64,000 nt of DNA, taken from positions 186,001 to 250,000 of IMG/VR virus record IMGVR_UViG_3300045125_000071. One strand, given 5' to 3'. Numbering within the stretch: position 1 is the stretch's first letter; the number at the start of each line of letters is the position of its first letter. A model generated the notes under the pieces. That model ran no database searches. It worked only from the letters and a program-made list of their open reading frames with translations, and was not told the origin of the DNA. Positions 46,777-59,402 of this stretch are shown here, piece by piece. The translations under genes and the position numbers were made by a program.

Positions 46777-47198
46777 CTATTCATAAACTTCTATTTTTTC
46801 GTCTTTGTAATGTAATGTGATTAGTTTGGTTGGGATATTTTCTTTATCACAATCTTCGTGAGTTGTATATTTCGACACATCAAATCCAACATTAAATTTA
46901 GGTCCGTCATCATTAATTTCCAATTCAACCCCATTCGATAATTTAGTGTATAGAATTTTTAATCTTTCCTTTAAATTCAACTCTCGTTCTTCAATCTTTA
47001 GCCCCACTTATCTGAAAACTCTTGGTCGGTTTTACTTCTTCTGATAAATTCTTGTTTGGTGTATGGTCTACAGCCGTCATCCTCAGTCTCTAAAACTTTA
47101 TCATACTTAGTATCCCACGATTGTAACATTCTACGTATATCTTTACAATACCTCTCATAGACTTCATCAATGATTTGGTTGTAGCGTTCTTTATTCAT
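46777..47198 (-). CDS. KERYNQII-family protein (one frameshift)
   Basis: ORFs 46998..47198 and 46777..47007 join at SDKWG/LKIEERE. Confidence 0.65.
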
Positions 47199-47393
47199 AT
47201 CTTAATTTTATTTGGTCATAATCTCTATCGTACCATTCACCATTTTCATTTTTATGGTTTCTAATAAGTTAGTGCTAACAATATCTCACATAATCCCACA
47301 CCTGAACAATCTCCTTTGTCCCACCTCTTGTAGTGGTTGAGAGTTTCACTATCTGTCATGTCGAGTAGTTCTTCTATCTTGTCTCTAATAGAT

Positions 47394-47782
47394 TTATCCA
47401 TATACTTCTATTTTTCTTCGTTGTGTGTTAGTGTGATTAGTTTGGTTGGGATATTTTGTTCACTTAATGATTCTTCTTGTGTTTTACCATGCCCCCACAT
47501 TAACATTATACGTAATCCTTCAGTACGTTCATTCCAAATTTGCATCCTCTCATCCAAACTTAATTCTCGTTCTTTTATTCCCAATCCCCACCTTTCGGAA
47601 AATTCTTGGTCGGTTTTCATTTTGTTGATGAATTCTTCATTGGTCATCAGTCTGGTTCGATTCTGTGATGGGTCATCAACGTGGTACTCGTAGTCAGGTT
47701 CTTCAAGAAAACCCGCGAATTTTGAATAGCTTTCGTAAACCTCGTTAATGATTTGGTTGTAGCGTTCTTTATTATTTTTCAT
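47394..47782 (-). CDS. KERYNQII-family protein
   Basis: Same three conserved blocks as 41258..41627. Confidence 0.65.
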
Positions 47783-48973
47783 TTAATATCTGTTTGTTTT
47801 CCATTGTTCATCACTTTGTTCTTCTAATTTTTTTAGAATATCATATGCCGATTTTGTGGTTTGAATTTTGCAATCAAAATCATACGCAATCATACCGACA
47901 TAATAAATTAAGTATCCCAGGTATTTCCTATCTACCGTTAAAGTATGTTCAGAATCGTATCGCACATTTCTTTGATGACATCTCTCTTGGTTCTTATCCA
48001 TTCATCAACTTCTTTATTACGAACAAGTATTGAGTGCAACCTTTCTTTTTGCTCATCGGTTAACTTATCAAGTTCAGATGTTATCCACCAATCAACATCA
48101 CCGATACCAGAGAAGAAGTTGTAACAATGAGCAAACTCTTCTTCACCTCCCAACATAACACCGTCACCATAAAAACAACCCGCCCAATATGGACTAAACC
48201 CTCTCCATTTACTCAAATACTCACCATTATCCAATTTTATCATCCAATCTCTTTTCATATCTCAATTTTTTTCTTTGTATTTTTCCACACTTTAAACATA
48301 TTCTTTCTTGAAATTCCTCTTACAACATTCAAAGTTTTATCTAAATGAGGAAAATAACGCATACTTTCTTTCCTGAATGTCGCCCACCTTGTCCATTTAT
48401 GAAAAAAGAAACATGAACCTTTTTTCTCGTTATTAAACGCTTCAAATGTTGTCATTCCGCTGACTGGTTGTGATGTATTGTTTTCCATGTTCATTAATTT
48501 TCATCAATTACATTATATGAAACCCAAACCAAGATACACAAATACAAATATAAAATCCGTAACTAAAACCCATTTAAATGTGTTTATATATGTTTCGTCT
48601 TTTATATCAAAAGTTGCACCAATAATAAACATGCTTAACATGATTATTGTGTGTAAAATCATAAATGCTAATATTGGTTTATTAATTTTCTTCATAATTT
48701 TGTTTTTTGTATATTAGTTTGGCATCTTGAAACGATGTTGTAGATGCGAATTCATCATTTAAGTAATTTATAACTTGTTCTATTAACTCATAATCTCGTA
48801 TTCCATCTTTAAGATTAACACTCTTAACTACCAAAGAAATTGCAGATGCCATTATCATGGCAGCATTTTCAATTTGAATGTTTTCTGTATGGCCTATTTC
48901 AATATCAATACCACCCCTATCATTAGCCTTACAGGTAACCGAGACCTTCGCCTCAAAATCTTTATCTACCATA

Positions 48974-49433
48974 TTAGATGTTTTTCTTCTCAATATATTC
49001 AAGGGTATTCTCGAATATAGTTTTAAGTTGTTTAGACATACCAAATCTTTGGGAATTGATTTCGATTGACCTCGCCATGTTCCCATCCTTGGTCCTTTCA
49101 CCAGCAGCCTTCCAATCGAAAACATCTCCATCAAATCGAATAGATTCATCCCATTGATGCGATTCTCATAGTGTTGCGGGTGATGACTATTAACGGAATA
49201 ATGATGGTCAAGAGCGGTTTAATCTGCCTGGTTGCTTCGGTATATTCCTCGCTCCCAAATGTTAAACCAGCAATAAGTGGTGTGACCTCATCAAAGGTGG
49301 ATTTTTCGGGTTCCTCCAATTTCGATTGGTCATGATTTTTTGCTCTTTCCAATAATTCACATGAAGCATTAATCAGATATTCATTAACCTTTCTGATGTG
49401 CTTCAATGTTTCTGCTGTCGAATCGTAATTCAT
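48974..49433 (-). CDS. HD-like (DUF5662-type) protein (frameshifted)
   Basis: HDQSKLEEPE...NSHHPQHY..RINGMNLFDLMEMF.DWKAA. Confidence 0.6.
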
Positions 49434-50815
49434 AATATTAATTTACCAGTTTATCGAGATTAATATCTCTTTCTTTTAAGATTTCCCAAAATCTTTCATA
49501 CACAGCATCCAACAAATCTTCTTTGGTTTCATATTTGTCAATAGACCATTCAAACCCTTTCTTTGTGTTGTGACTAAATTCCCACAATGATAATGCCATA
49601 TCGGTTGATTTTGACCATTCTCATATGTGCCTCAATGTCATCTGGTTCGTTTAGGTCGAACTCGAATATTCCTTTTGCCATAAATGATGGTTTTTTAAAA
49701 TGTAATCAAAAAATTTAATTCCCAAAATTTTTCCATATTTAATTTCCAAAATATTTTTTGGTGTTGGTGTATAATATGGATTATCAAAATCAGGTATATC
49801 AGGATAATATTTTTCCATACCTGTTTCGTAATTATTGAAGAACCAATAATCATAACGCTCAACATATTTTGCCTCCCTTTCGGTTATTTTGGTTTTCCAT
49901 TTTTTGGAAACTCATTATCCGTTTTAACTTTTTGAATGAAATCCTCTTTGGATAATGGTATAACAGTTTTATTTAAAAAATTATTATACGCCTTGTCCAA
50001 TATGTCGTCAAAATTATTTTTCACGATTACTCAGTATAATATTATTCCTTTGAAATCATAACCATCATTTTTATCCGCTTTTTCATGTTTACCATAATAC
50101 CATTCAGTATTGACATTTTCATTGAAAACCGATTCTTTAACATCCTCAACATCATCAAAACCACCCTCATAGCCACTGATTAACACTCTCATGTCTTCGG
50201 GATATGTTTTCAGAATTTCTATAAGCTCTTTGGTTGTCATATAAATGATTTATTCAAATATATTTAAAATTATTTTTCTTCTTTTAAAAATATTTAAACA
50301 ATTATACACAACATGTGACTCTTGAAATGTGTATAATCCATTATGTTTGTGCGTGTTGTAATGCTAACTCTATTAATTTAATAGCCATTTTTTTATCTTT
50401 TTGATTCGAATAACTTATTTTAATTCTTCGTGTGATTCAAATTCCTAATAATCCGTTGTATAGTATTTCCATAATGCAGTATTTTATTTCTATAATGTCA
50501 AGTTTACATGATTTATGGGATAGAAATTCCCAGCTCGAATATAATGCACCATACCAGAGGATATTGACAAGAGGTATGATGGGTCGAGAAAACCTGGATG
50601 GTTGCACGGTTTTTAAATGTTAATAAGGGGGCACCATTCCTCTGGACTGAAGAGACTGCAAAATACCTCTCGATATTGTTTTTACACGTTACAATAGGGT
50701 TAGTAGAATACACCCAAATTGTCCACGCAGCAGAGCCACATAGCATGAATCCGCCGAAATATTCTGGAAATTGGTGACCATGCTGTTGAATTCCCTGCTG
50801 GCATGGCTTCCAAAT

Positions 50816-51487
50816 TTAAAGTTGGTGACCAAGTTCGTATGTACCTTGGTTCACCACAGAATCCAGTTCGTTAATTAGTTTATTGTATTCAACTTCTTTA
50901 TACAAGAAGAATTGTCCGCACGTAAAACTACCTCTAAAATCAACTGGTAATTCTAAATAATGTATATTTTCATAAACTTTATGCCTGTTTTCTCTTTTTT
51001 CTCTACCCAGGAATGAACGGGTTGTTGCTGTGAAAAGATTAATAGCAAACATTTTATTATTATAACCAATAAGCATATCTATACCATCATTCACGTCTAA
51101 TTTTCTATTGTATATAACATCGCCAGCAAGATTTTCTTTTACATAACAAGTAAAATGAACATCCCTAACTAATGATGGTATGTTCTAAAAATCCTCGCTT
51201 TTAAAGCTAACATAATTTTATCATCAAAATTTTTTTATCAAAAATTTCTTGTTATCTTTTAAATAACATTCCCAAAATTCTTCTTGAGTTGGTATTGTCT
51301 TATTTTTATAAAGATATCTGTAAAAACTTGTTAAAAATGTCGGAAATTTCATTCTCCATTCAACATTATCATCTTTTATTGAGGAAAATGTTAATTTGTA
51401 ATTCAAGATTTGTTCTTCAATAGATTTGCTGGTTAATTCGACATAATCAAAAAAATTTTCAAAATCATCTTTATTGAGTATTCCCAT
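50816..51487 (-). CDS. TaqI-family-like endonuclease (frameshifted)
   Basis: IPTQEEFWECY...LKARIFRTYPSLVRDVHF...YNRKLDVNDGIDMLI; family recognised from memory only. Confidence 0.45.
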
Positions 51488-51577
51488 ATTTACTATTTAT
51501 TTTTTTATTTCAATTTTATATATTTAAAATATAGATAATAAAAACAATAAACCAAATATTTATAAAAAACAAAAATT

Positions 51578-51748
51578 ATGGGCGGTTGTGGGTGCAAAAA
51601 AAAGAAAACCGAAGCGGCTGTAGTAACGCAAACAAATACTACAAATTCAACAAATGCTGTCAATGAATCTCAAACTACAAAACAAACAGACGTGTTTTCA
51701 GCACAAGTTCAAGTAATTGTTGATAAAATCAAGGAACTTAATAAGTAG
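51578..51748 (+). CDS. Small protein with MGGCGCKK N-terminus (56 aa)
   Basis: Clean ORF after TATTTAT (51557), followed by a terminator. Confidence 0.7.
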   Translation: MGGCGCKKKKTEAAVVTQTNTTNSTNAVNESQTTKQTDVFSAQVQVIVDKIKELNK

Positions 51749-51749
51749 T

Positions 51750-51786
51750 AAAATAAAAACCACAAACTATGTGGTTTTTATTTTTT
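51750..51786 (+). terminator. Intrinsic terminator
   Basis: AAAATAAAAACCACA-AACTA-TGTGGTTTTTATTTT. Confidence 0.75.
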
Positions 51787-51837
51787 CTTACAATATATAC
51801 TTATTTATTTTTTATATAAATTTTTTTAAAACAAAAT

Positions 51838-52074
51838 ATGGAAAGAGATTTAACTAAATTGACGAGTGTTAAGATTATTAAAAAAATTATCTTGAATTCA
51901 AGAAAAACAACAATAAATACGGATTTAACATTACAGAAATTTGTTAATAGAACTATTGATTTGTATATGAGAGATTCTGATTTTAGAGAGAAAGTGAACT
52001 CTCATGAAACAAATGGAATAAAGAATTCAAAAGTATTAATAAATGAAGAAAAAGAAAATACTGTTATTGTCTGA
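51838..52074 (+). CDS. Small conserved protein, possibly ribbon-helix-helix
   Basis: KLTSVKI...TLQKFVNRTIDLY. Confidence 0.45.
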   Translation: MERDLTKLTSVKIIKKIILNSRKTTINTDLTLQKFVNRTIDLYMRDSDFREKVNSHETNGIKNSKVLINEEKENTVIV

Positions 52075-53420
52075 TGATTTAAGGTCAATGAGTGGTGTGG
52101 CAACAATGTCCAAAGAAATTGTTGTTGGTACATGTTTAAAATATGATTGGATTCAAGTGGGTTCAATGATTAATCATCCTGATTATGGTAAATTAATAGA
52201 TGTTAGTGAAGATTTAAGAAAACTTTATAATAAAGACGATATTAATGTTAAAATTCTAGCATATAACAATTATGGTGATATTCTCTTAATAAGAGAACTT
52301 ATCAAACATGAAAAACCAGATGCCATAATGCATTTTACAGACCCGCACTATTGGCAATGGTTATATGATGCTGAACATGAAATAAGACAACATGTTCCAA
52401 TTCTATTTTATCATGTTTGGGACAATGTGCCAGACCCAATATACAATAGAGATTATTATGAAAGTTGCGATTGGATTGGTTGTATATCAAAACAAACATT
52501 TGGTATTGTGCATCGAGTTGGAAAATTAGACATTTCAGATACATTTATACCATTAACAGATGACCAAATAAAATATGTTCCTCATGGAATCAATTCAAAT
52601 GTTTTTAAACCTGCACAAGTTAGTGATGACATCAAAATATAATTTATGATAAAGATTATGAATTCGTTTTATTTTTCAACAATAGAAACATAAGAAGAAA
52701 AAACCATCGGATGTAATATATGCATATAAAGTTTTTTGCGACCAATTTACCAAAGGAAAATCTGATAGGTGTTTATTATTAATGCATACAACACCTATAG
52801 ATGAAAATGGTACGGATTTGATTACGGTAAAGAGAAGCTTTATGTCCAGATTACAATGTGAAAATACTTAACAGTAAAACTTCAACAAGAACAATTAAAT
52901 GAATTATATAATGTTGTTGATTGTACTAATTAACATCTCAAATAATGAAGGCTTCGGTTTAACAACATGCTAGAAAGTATAATGGCTGGAACACCGATTA
53001 TCGTTAATGTAACAGGCGGATTACAAGACCAATGTGGTTTTAACATGTAAATAGGTAAAGAGTTTGATGAATATGATTATATAAAATATGGTTCATTGCA
53101 TGAAAAGAAAAATGGGACTTTATATCACACGGTGAATGGGTGTATACCTGTTTGGTCAGTATCCCATAGCTATAAATGGTTCACCATTAACACCATACAT
53201 TTTTGATGATTCAATTGAACCTGGATGATGTTTCAGATGCTATAATGAAAATGTATAATTATGGTAAATCCAAAAGAAAAGAAATTTGGGCATGAAAGGT
53301 AGAGAATGGGCGATTAGAATCTCTCAAGTGATGCAGCATGTGTAAAAAAATGATTGAAGGTATTGAAGAGGTTATAAATAATTTCAAGAATAAAGAAAAA
53401 TATCAATTTATAAAATTATA
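52043..53420 (+). CDS. GT-B (GT4-like) glycosyltransferase (heavily frameshifted)
   Basis: ILLLSDDLR.MSGVA, FTDPHYW, YVPHGIN, NNRNIRRK, NEGFGL, TGGLQDQCG. Confidence 0.8.
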
Positions 53421-54675
53421 TGAGTAAACCGTTTTTATTATTTAGAGCACCAGTTGAAACAATATCTGGTTATGGGGCGCATTCAAGAGATATTTTAAAA
53501 TCATTATACAATACTAAATTATTTGATATTAAAATTGACAGTTGTTTGTGGGGAAATACTCCAATGACGGCATTAGATACTGAAAATGATTTGTTTCATT
53601 TGTGGATAAAAAATAATATGATTACGCATCTTGATAGACAACCAGATTATTATGTTCAAGTTACAGTACCTAATGAATTTCAAACATTAGGAAAATATAA
53701 TATTGGGATAACTGCTGGTGTGGAAACCACTATGATACCTAAAGATTGGATAACAGGTTGCAATAAAATGAATTTAATCATTGTACCATCCGCATTTTCA
53801 AAGAGTGTTATGTTAACAACACAATATAACGATATGTTACTAACAAAAATATGTACAAAAATAGATGTTATATTTGAAGGGGTTGATACTGGATTGTACA
53901 AAAAATTAAATTTTAATGAATTAAAAGATACCAAAATAAAAAATTATTTAGATGGTATTGATGCCGACTTTTGCTTCATTTTTGTTGGTCATTGGTTGAA
54001 AGGAGAACTCGGTCAAGATAGAAAAGATGTTGGAATGTTGATAAGAAAATTCGCTGAAGGTTTTAATGGTGTGGATAATAAACCAGCGTTGGTATTAAAA
54101 ACTTCTTCTGCGAATTTCTCGGTGAAAGAAAGGGAAAGATTAAAAAGAAGTATAAAAAACATATTATACGGTATTGAAAAACCCCCGTCTGTATACTTGG
54201 TTTTTGGTACGTTGGCGGATGATGAAATGAATGATATGTATAACCATCCAAAAATAAAGGCAATGGTTTCCTTCACAAAAGGTGAGGGTTTTGGTAGGCC
54301 ATTATTAGAATTCACTATGACGGGTAAACCTGTATTAACATCTAATTGGTCTGGCCATTTGGACTTTTAGACCCCGATTTATCAGTATTAATTAATGGTG
54401 AATTGAAAGATGTTCATCCCTCTGCCGTTGACCAATTTATTATTCAGGGTTCAAAATGGTTCCAGGTTGATTACGATGACGCGATATCTAAAATGAGAGA
54501 TGTTATAGCTAATTATGATTTATATTTAGAAAAATCGGAACTAATGAAAGTTAATAATATGAAAAACTTCTCATTGGGGGCAATGAACACAAAATTCAAT
54601 GATGTAATGAGTAAATGTCTTGGTGAACAAAGATTAAATGAAATTTCATTACCGAAATTAAATAAATTATCATGA
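53420..54675 (+). CDS. GT-B (GT4-like) glycosyltransferase
   Basis: SGYGAHSRD, GITAGVET, VGHWL, TKGEGFGRPLLE, NWSGHLDF. Confidence 0.85.
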
Positions 54676-55282
54676 AATTAATTTATGCAATAACTGTTTC
54701 AACTGAAGAGGTTGAAGTATTGAATCTTATTCAATTCATAAAATCAAATTGTGATGACCAGATTGTTGTTCAGATAGATTCAACAAAAAGTAATGATTTA
54801 TTATTTAATAAAATTGCAAAATTAACATCAAGCGTTTACTTGTGTCCATTCAATAATAATTTTTCAGAATTCAAAAATAATTTAAATGAGACATGTCTAA
54901 ATTATAATGCTGATTTTGTTTTTCAATTGGATGCCGATGAAATGATAACCAATAAATTAATAGAGAATATCAAACAAATTCTGATTAACGATGCTAACGA
55001 TATTGATTTGATTTATTTACCAAGAATCAACACTGTTAGTGGAATTACACAAGAACATTTGATAAAATGGAAATGGTCAATGGATATCATGGGTAGGATA
55101 AACTACCCCGATTTTCAGGGAGAATATATAGACCAAACATGAAATGGATAAATAATATTCATGAGAGAATTGATGCTAAAAGAATTGCGTATATTGAGCA
55201 TGAAGATTATTGTATATTACATAATAAAACAATAGAGAAACAAATATCACAAAATCTTTTATATTCAACATTAAAAACTGAT
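54672..55282 (+). CDS. GT2-like glycosyltransferase
   Basis: NNFSEFKN, FQLDADE, LPRINTV, NYPDFQ, IHE. Confidence 0.8.
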
Positions 55283-55299
55283 TTTATAATTTAAATTCT

Positions 55300-56700
55300 A
55301 TGATTACAATAGGTTTTTCAACAAGAGAAGATAATCCAGAATACATTGAACATTTACAGAAAACGTCAATGTATAAAGAAGTTCAAATTATCCAGAAAGT
55401 TAATAATGGCGAAAAGTCATTACCACAAGTATATAATGAAATTATCAATGAAGCAAAAAACGATATTGTTGTATTGGTTCATGATGATTTAATATTTGAA
55501 ACAAAAAATTGGGGTGAGAACATAATTAAACATTTTAAAAAAATCAAGATTATGGAATTTTAGGTTTAGCTGGTACAAAATATCTACCAGAAAGTGGTAC
55601 CTGGTGGGAAGTCATTGCCGCCGCATATGGTGTTGTAAATCATACAGACGGACAAAAGAAATGGGCATCCACATTCTCTAAAGATGGTGGTAAAAGGATT
55701 GATGAAACGGTTATTATTGATGGTTTATTTATCGCGATTGATAAAAACAGAATCAAACATAAATTTGACGAATCTTTTAATGGTTTTCATTTTTACGATT
55801 TGAGTTTTTGTCTTCCAAATTTTTTAGATAATGTTGGTGTTGGTGTGATATATGATGTTAGGGTTACACATTTATCTGTTGGAATGACAAATGAAAAATG
55901 GGAGGAAAACAGAAAAAAGTTTGTTGAAAAATATTCAAATGAATTACCAATTGATATTAGTGATGATGGTTTATGTGAAACATTTATATTTGTTCACGAC
56001 CAGGATTTAATTATCAATTTTGAAGAGAATAAAAAATTTGAAAATTTATACACCTATAGGTATGTATTTCTTGGTAACAGACCAATAGATAAAATATCCC
56101 ATATGGATAATGTCATCATAGCAAGAAACTATGAAGATAATTTAGAAGAATATCCTTTATTTACATCTTATACAGGGTGGTATTTGTTGTGGAAACATAA
56201 ATTAATAAAAACTAGATATGTCAATTTATTTGAATATGATATTGTTTTAGATAATAATTTTAGTGTTGTTCAATCTAAAATTTTATTTGAAGGAATTCAG
56301 ATGATGGGGTTACGTACCATTCCCTATGGCAAATTATCATTTCGTAAATAACGCCGATTGGAATGAACATATATTACCATTGATTTTCAAAATTAATAGA
56401 TTTGATGTTCGTTCATATGTTCAAAAACTTTTGAGACAAAATCCAAACGCTTTATGGTCATCAACATCTAATACAACATTCAGAGTTGATATTTTTGATG
56501 AATATATGAGATGGTTCCAGCCAATAGCACAAAAAATTAAAGATACCAGAACATGTGGTCATGCACATGAAAGGTCTATAACATATTTTTCATTTATTAA
56601 AAATAAGAAATTGGCTCTTACAAATAATTTATTGAAACATTATCAAATGGATTCACATAAAACACAAGGTCATGAAGTTAATGTAAATCTATTATCATGA
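55300..56700 (+). CDS. Two-domain GT-A glycosyltransferase-like protein (frameshifted)
   Basis: YNEII..AKNDIVVLVHDD, IDGLF, GFHFYDLSFC, FEYDI, GHAHERS. Confidence 0.65.
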
Positions 56701-57354
56701 ATTATGTTAGTTTCAGTGTTTGGGGTGATAAACCAATATATAATGTTGGTGTAATTAAGAACGCTGATTTGATGGTTGAATATTATCCAGATTGGAAAAT
56801 GGTTGTCTATTATAATGATAGCACACCAAAAGAAACGATTGAATTATTAAACAAAAAATGTTATAACAAAGTATTTCCAAGATACTTCAATTTTTGGAGA
56901 ATTTTGGAGATTTTTTGTTTTAGATATTTCTGATTGTGAATATGCGATTTTTAGAGATGCGGATTCTAGAATATCATTAAGAGAAAGTTTAGCTGTTAAT
57001 GAATGGATTAAAAGTGGTAAAACACTTCATGTGATGAGAGACCACCCATATCATAAAATCCCAGCTGGAACTAATCAAATGGGTATTTTGGCGGGTATGT
57101 GGGGTATTAAAAATAATGTTATTCCAATTACTGATATGATTAAAAATTCAAATAAAAGTAAAGAACATAGATATGGTAGTGACCAGGCATTCCTAAAAAA
57201 TGTTTATAATATATTGATTAATGATAGATGTACACATGATGAATTTTTTGAACAAAAACCGTTTCCAATAATAAGGGAGGGTAGAAGATTTATTGGTGAG
57301 AGAATTGATGAAAACGATAAACCATTAACAGACGACTATAATTTAATATCATGA
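56697..57354 (+). CDS. GT-A-like nucleotide-sugar transferase
   Basis: SFSVWGDKPIY, FRDADSR, MRDHPYH, ILAGMWG, DQAFL. Confidence 0.65.
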
Positions 57355-58079
57355 TGAATAAAATAGATTATGTTGTAATGGGTGCTAATAAAAACCCTTT
57401 GTATTTAGATTTTTGGCCAATAGTGTCCAAAATATGGAAAAAAAATTTGGAATCACCCCTGTTTTAGGGTTAATCGATGATTATGACACAGAAATCGAAA
57501 AATCTGAATATGGATTAATAAAAAGATTCAAATCTTCGAACAATGTTAGTACTGAATTACAATCTCAAATTGTACGATTATATTTACCAAAATATTTAGA
57601 TGGTTATTGTTTAATTTCAGATATTGATATGTTTCCACTATCCAAAAAATATTTTGAAGAATGTGCAAATAATTTGACAAATGACAATATGGTAATATAT
57701 TCTTCAAATCACCCTCAAACAATAAATAATAATATGTACCCTATGTGTTATGTATCTGCACATAGTAGTATATACAAAGAAGTATTCGATATAAATTTAG
57801 ATTGGGATAATTTTTGTGAATTATTATTTCAGAGAAATGAACATTGGTATACTGACCAAAAATATCTATATGAAAAAGGCTATCAATTTTCAAAGAAAAA
57901 CAAATAAGTTAATATTATTGAATAGAATCTGGAACGCACCGATTGATAATCGAGTTGATAGGTCAAGCTGGTCATATTCTCCAGAATTGGTTAAAGAAGA
58001 TTATTATATTGATTGTCATTCATTGCGACCATATAATCAATATAAAAAAGAAATAAATAAATTAATAGAGTTATTATGA
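57351..58079 (+). CDS. Glycosyltransferase-like protein
   Basis: YLDFWP, QIVRLY, ISDIDMFPL, YPMCY, WYTDQ, RVDRS, DCHSLRPY. Confidence 0.6.
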
Positions 58080-58715
58080 CAATATACAAAAATGTTTTAT
58101 TAGAAAAAACAAATATCAAACCACAGACAGTGTTAGAAATTGGTTCTAGAGATGGTGATGATGCTGAAAAGTTAAGGTTACTATTTGGTATTGATTCAAA
58201 AAATGTTTGGGTTGTAGAACCAAACCCAATACAACAAAATAAAATATTAAAAAAATATCCAAATATTACTTTAATAAAAAAACCAATATTTAATGAAGAA
58301 AAAATAATTACATTCTATGGTGTCAATGTTGAAGACCAAACTTTAAATGGTGTTAGTTCATTATTGAATAGGGTTGACAATTTATATGATAAAATCAATA
58401 CTAATAAAATTGAAATTGAAACTATTTTAGGTTCTAAACTTCTTGAAATGATATCGAAAGATATTGATTTATGTAAAATAGATGTTGAAGGTGCTACTTT
58501 TTGAAGTGTTGGAAAGTTTTGGTAATGATATTGAAAAAATTAAATCAATGCACATTGAATGTGAGCATAGGGTTGTTTGGACAAATCAAAAATTGTATAA
58601 TGATGTTTCAGAATATTTAAATAAAAAAGGTTTTAAAGAAATATATTTTAATTATTGTAGTAATGATACTTTACAATCAGATAGTATTTGGGTACAATCA
58701 AATTATTTAAAATGA
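58076..58715 (+). CDS. FkbM-family methyltransferase
   Basis: LEIGSRDG, VEPNP, SSLL, KIDVEGA. Confidence 0.8.
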
Positions 58716-59385
58716 AAAAATATTGATTTTAGTAATGTCACATTATGGTGATGAAATATTCGATAACTATAAACATATTTGGGATATAAAGATATCATTA
58801 ATTAAAGAAAAATATCCAATAGACGTTTTGTTTTTATATAGTGATGATAAAATTGAAAATGATTATATTGTAGTTGGTAATAAATTAATTTCTAAATGTA
58901 TAGAAAATTATTGGACAGCATTATTAACTAAAGTTATGAATGGTTTTGATTATTTTAAAAATAATAATTATGATTTAGTTTTTAAAACCAACTTATCAAC
59001 AATAATAAATTTTGATAAATTTTATGAATATTGTTCTTCCATAAACACTGATGAAATTATTTATCAAGGTGTTACTGGTAGTTATTTGGATTATGTTTTT
59101 TGTTCTGGCGCTGGAATGTTATTGAATCAAAAAATCTGTTGATATTGTTTTAAATAATAAAGATAAAATTGATGATACTTGGACTGATGATATTTTTATA
59201 GGATATGTTTTAAATAAATTGAATAAAATACCAGCAAGTCAAGGTGGGTTGAGTAGGCTAGATATATCTAAAAATATAAACTTGAATGAGACTATAAAAA
59301 ATTATACACATATTCGTATAAAAATAAGAACGGAGAAAAAGATATTTTTTATACAAATAAAGTTTTTGAAATACTTTATGGTTAA
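58712..59385 (+). CDS. GT31-like glycosyltransferase
   Basis: YDLVFKTNLS, FCSGAGML, WTDDIFIG. Confidence 0.55.
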
Positions 59386-59402
59386 AAAATGAAAAGCATA
59401 AT

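Noticed and set aside
40996-47415. CRISPR array from the 22-bp repeats
   Set aside because: Spacing is irregular (hundreds to thousands of bp), the repeats are coding, and there are no cas genes.
47938-48258. LAGLIDADG-like motif YWAGCFYGDG
   Set aside because: Isolated resemblance in a 106-aa ORF with no supporting fold features.
47-51000. Most plus-strand ORF-track entries in the minus-strand region, and minus-strand entries in 52-63 kb
   Set aside because: They are antisense shadows of well-supported genes and have no motifs. The exceptions kept are the HNH gene and the manually found 34124..34250 gene.
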